Source: an uncultured bacterium
Lineage (GTDB): Bacteria; Hydrothermota; UBA3072
Length of the DNA stretch: 64,000 nucleotides
Reading direction: 5' to 3'
NCBI GenBank assembly: GCA_964534175.1
Contig: CAZHNS010000008.1
Span: 8,779 to 72,778, forward strand
The position numbers and the translations under genes were made by a program. The notes under the pieces are model-generated. The model was not told where the DNA came from and made no database searches. It saw only the letters and a list, made by a program, of their open reading frames with translations. Shown one piece after another: positions 57,458-64,000 of this stretch. Positions within the stretch are counted from its first letter, which is position 1, and every line of letters begins with the position of its first letter.

Positions 57458-59715
57458 TACTGCTTTTCAAAACGCTCTTTTGAAGCGGTTTGTTCCTGGC
57501 GGCTCTTCCAATATGTAGTTTCGTTCGTCATCAGGTTTGTCTGTAGATACCGTTTTCCCAGCAGGCGTGAAATCATACCAATTGGTGTTATTACAAGGAA
57601 GAAAAGTGCCGAGAGTATTACCCGTGTCATTATCCATCCTAAGGTGAATCCAATGTAGCTGAACAGAATAAATAGCGGTTTCAAAATTAGAGGGAAAACT
57701 AAACCTGACGCAAGTACGATTCCAGCTGTCAGGTAAATCATTGGGAACATAGATTTTCCCGTTATCCATTGGATAGTCCCGAGTATACTAAGAATAATTG
57801 AAAGTCCAATCCCGAATTTCCGCCATTCTCTCTTGTCATTGAATCTTGATTTGTCCATGGTGGGCGATTTCTTAGGTGTGAATCTACCCTTTTCGAACCC
57901 TTCTTTCCAGTCGACACCCGGAACGTTTTCCGGCTGTTCTGCTTTAACAAGAAGGTGGTTTCCCAGTACCAGATTATCCATCTCTGTTCTCATAAAACAC
58001 TTATAGGCATCCTCGGGAGTGCAGACAATGGGTTCTCCCCGGACGTTGAAAGACGTATTAACCAAAACGGGATATCCGGTCTTTGAGGCAAATTCAGTCA
58101 ACAGGGCATGGTATCTTTTATTGGTTTTTCGGTCAACTGTTTGTAGCCTTGCGGAGTAGTCAACATGCGTTACTGCCGGAATTTCTGACCGTACTACATT
58201 CAGTTTGTCGATTCCGAACAATTTCTGCTCTTCCTGGCTCATAGTGCGTCGTTTGTCTTCGGCTACATCGGCGACAAAAAGCATGTATGGACTGGATCGA
58301 TCAAACTGAAAATATTTTCTCACAGATTCTAGTAGTATGGATGGTGCGAACGGTCGGAAAGATTCACGAAATTTAATCTTTAAATTCATCTTCTTCTGCA
58401 TTTCCGGGGAACGAGGGTCTCCCAGGATGCTCCGTGACCCCAGCGCGCGTGGACCGAATTCCATCCGGCCCTGGAACCACCCAACCACTTTTCCTTTTGC
58501 CAGCAATTCCGCAGTCTGTTTTATTAATTCTGTATCTGATAACTGGTGGAAAGGTATATGGTGGCTCTCCAGAAATTCCCGTATCTCAGAATCGCCGAAT
58601 TGGGGACCCAGGTAGGAACCCTTTTGGGAGTCATTCCCGTGTTCGACTTTGCGTGCATTTGATAAGTATTCGTACCATACCGCCAGAGCGCCGCCCAAAG
58701 CGCCGCCGGCGTCGCTGGCTGCCGGTTGAACCCAGATGTCTTTATAGTCGGTCTCGCGCAGTAGTTTTCCGTTAGCCACACAATTTAGCGCCACTCCACC
58801 TGCCAGAACTAAATAGTCGGCTCCTGTAACTTTTCTGGCATGCAAGCTCAAACGTTTCAAAGCGAGTTCGGTTACTTCCTGTACAGAACGCGCCAGGTCC
58901 ATTTCTTTCTGAGTTATCTTGCTTTCAGGCTTACGCGGAGGTCCATCGAACAAAAGATGAAAATTCTTACTTGTCATCGTGAGTCCAACGGGAAAGTTAA
59001 AATAATCCAGATTAAGCTTAAATGAACCGTCTTCCTTTATATCGATAAGATTATCAAGAATAGTTTTAACATACTTTGGCTCCCCGTAGGGTGCCAACCC
59101 CATTACTTTGTATTCTCCAGAGTTTACTTTGAAGCCTGTGTAGTATGTAAAAGCGGAGTAGAGCATGCCGAGGGAATGAGGAAATTGGATTTCCTTTAAG
59201 AGTTTGATTGAATTTCCACTTCCGAAGCCAATGCTGGTTGTGGTCCATTCTCCTACTCCGTCCGTGGTAACAATGGCGGCTTCGGGGAAGGGGGATGGGA
59301 AGAATGCCGAAGCTGCATGGGATCGGTGATGTTCCGGGAAGAGAATTTTACCTTTGAAATCTGGTAGCGCTTCCCGAATCAGGCTTTTTATCCAGATTTT
59401 CTTCTTGATCCAAACAGGCATGGCTTTTATAAAGGACTGAATTCCTCTTGGAGCGTATTGCAGATAAGATTCAAGAATACGTTCGAATTTCAGGAACGGT
59501 TTGTCGTAAAACGCGACATAATCTAAATCGGATGGTGAAATTTTCTCCTCTTTCAGGCAATAATTTATGGAGCCATCCGGGAATTGATAATCGTGTTTGA
59601 TGCGTGTGAAACGTTCTTCCTGGGCTGCAGCTATAAGAGCTCCATCTCGGATTAAGGTAGCGGCACTATCGTGATAAAATGCTGAGATACCCAGTATATA
59701 CATAGATTCACTCAA
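57454..59715 (-). CDS. NodU/CmcH-family carbamoyltransferase fused to a C-terminal SxtJ-like multi-TM domain
   Basis: Carbam_trans_N signature YILGISAFYHDSAATLIRDGALIAAAQEERFTRIKHD. HRSHAASAFF. C-terminal Carbam_trans_C region. Then ~150 aa with 3-4 TM helices (FGIGLSIILSILGTIQWI..., LTAGIVLASGLVFPLIL..., VILSALFFLVITPIG). Confidence 0.75.
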   Translation of the reverse strand: MSESMYILGISAFYHDSAATLIRDGALIAAAQEERFTRIKHDYQFPDGSINYCLKEEKISPSDLDYVAFYDKPFLKFERILESYLQYAPRGIQSFIKAMPVWIKKKIWIKSLIREALPDFKGKILFPEHHRSHAASAFFPSPFPEAAIVTTDGVGEWTTTSIGFGSGNSIKLLKEIQFPHSLGMLYSAFTYYTGFKVNSGEYKVMGLAPYGEPKYVKTILDNLIDIKEDGSFKLNLDYFNFPVGLTMTSKNFHLLFDGPPRKPESKITQKEMDLARSVQEVTELALKRLSLHARKVTGADYLVLAGGVALNCVANGKLLRETDYKDIWVQPAASDAGGALGGALAVWYEYLSNARKVEHGNDSQKGSYLGPQFGDSEIREFLESHHIPFHQLSDTELIKQTAELLAKGKVVGWFQGRMEFGPRALGSRSILGDPRSPEMQKKMNLKIKFRESFRPFAPSILLESVRKYFQFDRSSPYMLFVADVAEDKRRTMSQEEQKLFGIDKLNVVRSEIPAVTHVDYSARLQTVDRKTNKRYHALLTEFASKTGYPVLVNTSFNVRGEPIVCTPEDAYKCFMRTEMDNLVLGNHLLVKAEQPENVPGVDWKEGFEKGRFTPKKSPTMDKSRFNDKREWRKFGIGLSIILSILGTIQWITGKSMFPMIYLTAGIVLASGLVFPLILKPLFILFSYIGFTLGWIMTRVILSALFFLVITPIGMISRLLGKRYLQTNLMTNETTYWKSRQEQTASKERFEKQY

Positions 59716-61955
59716 TTTAAATTCAATTTGTCCAGCAAACCCGAGGGATCCGGGTGGTCTGGATTGATTTGTTTTAGTTTTTTTAAGTAGCGAATTGTTT
59801 CCTCTTTTTTGTCAAGATAATAGTTTGCTGCTGCCAGATTATAGTATAAATCCGAATCCTTCAACCCCATAGATTCGGCTTTTTCTAAATATGGAAGAGA
59901 TTGTTGAAATTGCTTCTGTACAATCAATATCTGACCAATCCACTTATTTGCAAATGCTGTCTCCTTTATATTCAGGGATTGGTTTAATAATAGGAACGCA
60001 ATGCGGAAATCTTTTTCTTTTAAAAAAACAGTTGAAGCGGCATTGTATTGTTGGGTTAGCTGTTGCGTTTCTGTTGAAACATGATACGGAAACGGTTGGA
60101 ATGAAAAGGATTTATGGGAATGTAAATGTTCCATAACTTTTTTAAATCTGTCTAATTGTCCGGAGGCTATATAGGCGTGCGCAAGAGTATTCAGGAAATC
60201 TTGATCCTTTGTCAGGGCAGGATCAGCTTTTGCGCAATAGGATAGTGCTTTGTTAACATCGCCTTTCGCAAGATACAGTCGCGCAAGGTTCTTGATGGCA
60301 AAATCGTTTTTTGTAATCCGCAGAGATTCTTCCAAAATTGAAATGGCTTCTTCTTCCCGGTTTAACTTGAACAACATCTGTACAGCGCCCTCATAGAACA
60401 TTACCTCGTGGGGTATTATGTATATAAGCGCTCGGTATTCCTGGTAAGCTTTCTGGTATTCTTTACGGTCTTTGTAGTAATTTGCAAGTGTTAAGTGTCC
60501 AATTTCCACACCTATTTTTTTATCTATAAGTACTTTAAGCGCTATCGAGTCTATCTTGTCTTCAGGTATGTAGGTGGAGAGACTCGTGTTCTGTAATTCC
60601 TTAGGCTGGAACGGCCATCCACCCTTGAGCCAGCGGATACTAAGATTGCCGTAAACCGTATCCAGGGCGGTTATTCCCCAACTTTTTTTGTACTCATCAG
60701 CACTTTTTATGGGGATACTGTCCCACTTCGAGCTGATGTAACCTTTTTCGCGTATCGTTTGATAGAAGCCCTCTGCCATAAGAAAATTGCCGTCAACATT
60801 AGGATGAAGGTGTTCAAGTATTAACTTATTCCCAATTATACCATTAGGGGAATGGCTCTCAAAGATCCGTTTCATGGGTACTACAGGGGATTTGTGTTTA
60901 GAGGCGGTTTCATGGATAATGTTATTAAAATCCTCCGTTGCCCGGAATCGGAGAGCATCAAGGTCTTTTGCGCGGAAATACAGTTGACGAGCTTTGTTAT
61001 AATTTCCCTTTGCCTCCAGCTCTTGTGCTTTCTGATACAATTGTTTTGCCGGGGGAAAGGTATCTAACTTTACCGAGCGAAAGGGAGGTTGGTCTCCCAC
61101 ATTACTTACAAGCTCACTCAGTACTACCGGTACGTTTGCTTTTTCCAATTGCCGCAGGATTTCCTCCATGTTAGCTCGGAATTGTTCTTTCCCCTTTTTG
61201 TAGAGATCGCTCTCCAGAGGAATAACCTGTTCAGATACAATCCGTTCCATTAAGGTTGCAGTAAGATCTTCAGGATTAGCCGCAGCGTTTTGTTTAAATC
61301 TGGAAGTAGATTTACTGAGGAGATTCCGAAGCAGCCTGAATAGGCGCAGGTGTTTTATTTTTAGATAAGTTTTGATAACCCACCTGCTCTGGCCGATCGA
61401 CTCAAACGAGGCTACTCCAAGTGCTCCATAGAATTCATTATGGCCGGCATAGATGAGTATGAGATCAGGCTCATATTCGAGGATTTCACGGGTGAAGTCA
61501 AGCAAAGTGTAACTGTTTACAGCTGCCATGGCTGTGTTTATAACCTCGATGCGTTTCCCCGGGAATGTATCCTGAAGTTTCCGCCATAGGATCCGGGAAA
61601 ACATCAGGTTATTTCCATATGGAAATCCGGCAGTGGTAGATCCTCCGAGTACGAAAATTCTATACCCATTTTCCGGTTTTTTCTTCAGGAATAAATCTTT
61701 AGGAGGGTCAGGGATAGTTAATTGTTTATAGAAATAGCGTTTGCCGATATCCGGATTGCAGCGATAATAATCCGAGACCTCCTCTGGCGCAGATATGAAC
61801 AGGCGTAAATCTCCGCCGTAGTTGAAAAGCCGAAGAACGCCTTCCGCAAGCAGTAAAATAATTACTGCAATCAGAAACAGAAAAAAGCTAAATAATATAC
61901 GTTTTCCTGGGCCAATTTCTCTTCCGGAGCGCAAATTTTTAATGTCTTTCTGCAT
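59712..61955 (-). CDS. Membrane-anchored SGNH/GDSL-like hydrolase domain protein with C-terminal TPR repeats
   Basis: N-terminal TM (ILFSFFLFLIAVIILLLAEGVL). SGNH-like block I IFVLGGSTTAGFPYG and later DLILIYAGHNEF. C-terminal ~300 aa of TPR-like helical repeats. 4-nt overlap with the carbamoyltransferase gene. Confidence 0.55.
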   Translation of the reverse strand: MQKDIKNLRSGREIGPGKRILFSFFLFLIAVIILLLAEGVLRLFNYGGDLRLFISAPEEVSDYYRCNPDIGKRYFYKQLTIPDPPKDLFLKKKPENGYRIFVLGGSTTAGFPYGNNLMFSRILWRKLQDTFPGKRIEVINTAMAAVNSYTLLDFTREILEYEPDLILIYAGHNEFYGALGVASFESIGQSRWVIKTYLKIKHLRLFRLLRNLLSKSTSRFKQNAAANPEDLTATLMERIVSEQVIPLESDLYKKGKEQFRANMEEILRQLEKANVPVVLSELVSNVGDQPPFRSVKLDTFPPAKQLYQKAQELEAKGNYNKARQLYFRAKDLDALRFRATEDFNNIIHETASKHKSPVVPMKRIFESHSPNGIIGNKLILEHLHPNVDGNFLMAEGFYQTIREKGYISSKWDSIPIKSADEYKKSWGITALDTVYGNLSIRWLKGGWPFQPKELQNTSLSTYIPEDKIDSIALKVLIDKKIGVEIGHLTLANYYKDRKEYQKAYQEYRALIYIIPHEVMFYEGAVQMLFKLNREEEAISILEESLRITKNDFAIKNLARLYLAKGDVNKALSYCAKADPALTKDQDFLNTLAHAYIASGQLDRFKKVMEHLHSHKSFSFQPFPYHVSTETQQLTQQYNAASTVFLKEKDFRIAFLLLNQSLNIKETAFANKWIGQILIVQKQFQQSLPYLEKAESMGLKDSDLYYNLAAANYYLDKKEETIRYLKKLKQINPDHPDPSGLLDKLNLN

Positions 61956-62119
61956 CAGTTAATTTTTTTCTATTCATTCTTAGGTCCATTATAAATAAAT
62001 GTATGACCTCCTGAAACCAATTATAGACAATAAAATATTGGAGTCAAGGGGGTCGGGAAAATGACAACTTGAACTTTCTCCTATTTTCGGGGATTATACT
62101 ATTTTTTAGCGAAAGGGAG

Positions 62120-63505
62120 CTATTCTAATAGATGCAGATAATCGACAGGGATGAGTTCTTCTCCATCGATTTTCAAAACCATCATGTGCAGGTGGGTTGG
62201 GCATCGCTTTACCCAGGCGTTCTTGCCGCTTCTTCCCATCGTACCGATAGGTTTGTCTTTCTTAGAAAAGTCTCCTCCTTTGACGAAAATGGAATCCAGA
62301 TGAGCAAAATAAAATATTTGATTCTCGATCGGATCAAGCGCCCAAACGTAATTACCTCCTCTTATCCCGGAATCCTTAATCCAATCTGTAAAAATCGATA
62401 GTATCATTAAATCGACAGGAGCGACTATATCGACTGGTTTCCCTATATTATCATCCAGACAATCCTGATCTTTATCATGAATAAAAATATCATAAGCTGG
62501 ATGCCCTCCGTGTTTATTGCCGTCGTAAAAGTTGTAACCCCTTATTGGAGAACCTCCGTAGTAAATGTCCGGTTTGAATCCCCCTTTTCCGACCGCGTCC
62601 ATGCCGTATCCAGCGACAGGAAAATCCCATGAAGTTGTTAGTGTATCAAACTTGTATTTTTCTGAATACTTTTTTAATTTTTCATAGAGATAAGGAAATA
62701 CTTTTTTGGCTGAATCTTTTGAAATTTTCTGGTCTCTTACCTCCTTCTCAAATACGTCCCATTTCTCGACGACATTCGAACTTTCTTCAATGGAAAAAGT
62801 AGGTTCGAATCTTCTTAAGGTAGGTTCTCCGAGAGGAATATAGTATGACAAATAACTAAAATATCCTTCGAGAGTAAACCAGCCTTCAATACCTCTCGAG
62901 CTTGCTGCTTTCTCTATGTGAAATTCCTGTGCGGGCATGTAACTGTAACCGATCAAATACAGTTTTCCCCCTTCTTCGGATTTACAAACATCCAGTATTA
63001 CGGAAGCGTGACCTATTCCTCCGCCCTCGTTTTGAACTATCATATCGCCAGGTATAAGTTCATCCATAAGTACTTTTTCACAGCCTCTTTTCAATGAGTA
63101 AGAGTTCGAATATGAAAAAGTCCACTTTAAAAACCCGGAATAAGTTTTACCGCTATCTTTGAATCTTTTCTTATTCCCGCTGTAATCGAATAGATAGAGA
63201 GAATCCAATCTATTCATATCTTTGTGATATTCCGCCCAGAACCGCATACAGTAATCCGCGCACTGTTCTAAATCGGAATTAAATAGAAGGGGTATATCAA
63301 CCACCGCGAAAATACTATAAAAACAATCTCGACTAAGCGTATCACCTCTATAATCGAGAATCAGCGGGTTTTCTTTTAGAGGTAAATTCTGGATCCAGTT
63401 ACTGTAAGACCATTCGGTAAATTTCTCTCTCGCATAACCATCAGGTGTATTAATGGCGTTTCTTATAGTCTTTTTCTGAGCTATAGATTCGAGATTTAAG
63501 AACAA
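62120..63505 (-). CDS. Two-domain secreted hydrolase: N-terminal uncharacterised (DUF4846-like) domain + C-terminal M23/LytM-family metallopeptidase domain
   Basis: M23 motifs HxxxD (GGHPAYDIF) and HxH (PTHLHMMV) with GTMGRSG between them. N-terminal domain contains NEGGGIGHASVILDV. Confidence 0.55.
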   Translation of the reverse strand: MFLNLESIAQKKTIRNAINTPDGYAREKFTEWSYSNWIQNLPLKENPLILDYRGDTLSRDCFYSIFAVVDIPLLFNSDLEQCADYCMRFWAEYHKDMNRLDSLYLFDYSGNKKRFKDSGKTYSGFLKWTFSYSNSYSLKRGCEKVLMDELIPGDMIVQNEGGGIGHASVILDVCKSEEGGKLYLIGYSYMPAQEFHIEKAASSRGIEGWFTLEGYFSYLSYYIPLGEPTLRRFEPTFSIEESSNVVEKWDVFEKEVRDQKISKDSAKKVFPYLYEKLKKYSEKYKFDTLTTSWDFPVAGYGMDAVGKGGFKPDIYYGGSPIRGYNFYDGNKHGGHPAYDIFIHDKDQDCLDDNIGKPVDIVAPVDLMILSIFTDWIKDSGIRGGNYVWALDPIENQIFYFAHLDSIFVKGGDFSKKDKPIGTMGRSGKNAWVKRCPTHLHMMVLKIDGEELIPVDYLHLLE

Positions 63506-63717
63506 GAAGAGAAGAGGAAGTATTTTGCAATTAATGTGATTAAGTATTAATAAAAATTTGTGTTTTATAAGACGCCTCCATAAATACGAATTTATTTATG
63601 TTTTAATCATACCAGGTGAAAATGGATTGTCAAGAGAATATACTCTCGGAGAAAGACAAAAAAGAAAGTTATTCACCTAAAACCTGGCGATATTTTAAAG
63701 TTATATTATCTTAAATT

Positions 63718-64000
63718 ATGAAAATAGTAATCGATGAGAATGTATTATTGGGAAAAGAGACTTTCTCTTTAATTGGAGAAGTTACTTCTTTTTCGGGGCG
63801 GGCGATAACCCCGGAAGTTGTTAAAGATGCAGATATACTTGTGGTCCGTTCCGTTACAAAGGTAAACGAAGGATTGCTGAAAAACAGTAATATTAAATTT
63901 GTTGGTTCTGCGACAGCGGGTATAGACCATGTGGATACCGCATATTTAAAAAACAGAGGTATAGGTTTTGCGAGTGCACCGGGCAGTAATTCAAATTCTG
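63718..64000 (+). CDS. pdxB: Erythronate-4-phosphate dehydrogenase (PdxB)-like D-2-hydroxyacid dehydrogenase, N-terminal fragment (runs off the window)
   Basis: MKIVIDENVLLGKETFSLIGEVTSFSGRAITPEVVKDADILVVRSVTKVNEGLL...FVGSATAGIDHVD closely parallels the PdxB N-terminus (MKILVDENMPYA...VRSVTKVNESLL...FVGTATAGTDHVD). Confidence 0.55.
   Translation, partial: MKIVIDENVLLGKETFSLIGEVTSFSGRAITPEVVKDADILVVRSVTKVNEGLLKNSNIKFVGSATAGIDHVDTAYLKNRGIGFASAPGSNSNS

Noticed and set aside
1-64000. tRNA, rRNA, tmRNA, RNase P, prophage or integrase genes
   Set aside because: Scanning for T-arm GGTTCGA-type motifs and conserved rRNA, tmRNA and RNase P blocks found nothing convincing. No integrase or transposase ORFs are present.

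Overview
This 64 kb window is chromosomal DNA from a low-GC (~40%) Gram-negative bacterium, most likely a member of the FCB group. Several proteins end in T9SS/FlgD-Ig-like C-terminal sorting domains, there is a SusC-like TonB receptor with a CarboxypepD_reg N-terminus, and lipoprotein signals are abundant. Gene density is high on both strands. I found no rRNA, tRNA, CRISPR array, transposase or integrase.

Recognisable content:
- Polysaccharide utilisation: GH67 alpha-glucuronidase, GH5 endoglucanase, AGE-family epimerase, TonB-dependent receptor.
- Envelope and efflux: TolC–MacA–MacB pump, MATE transporter, ECF sigma/anti-sigma flanked by two Spy/CpxP-like LTXXQ proteins, MscL.
- Oxidative stress: PerR-like Fur regulator plus Dps-like ferritin, both with palindromic operators.
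- Sulfur transfer: a rhodanese pair and a CstB-like MBL-rhodanese fusion with a 60-aa glycyl-radical-like minigene between them.
- Housekeeping: nth, cyclophilin, tsaA/trmO, RRM RNA-binding protein, B12-radical SAM protein, partial pdxB.

Four regions look most worth following up:
1. A four-gene operon (35.4–46.0 kb) of very large secreted proteins with no assignable function. It includes an Fn3-repeat protein, a papain-like cysteine peptidase and a T9SS-CTD protein.
2. A carbamoyltransferase fused to an SxtJ-like membrane domain, co-operonic with a DUF5989/SxtK-like minigene, an SGNH-TPR protein and a DUFxM23 peptidase (57.2–63.5 kb).
3. Two paralogous lipoprotein genes whose promoter and 5' halves share a ~466 bp near-identical segment, forming direct repeats around aguA.
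4. A TonB receptor, CTD-cargo protein, PorV/PorQ-like barrel and repeat lipoprotein cluster (9.8–17.8 kb).

Coordinates follow the supplied ORF track except where a ribosome-binding site clearly indicates a downstream start; those cases are noted.
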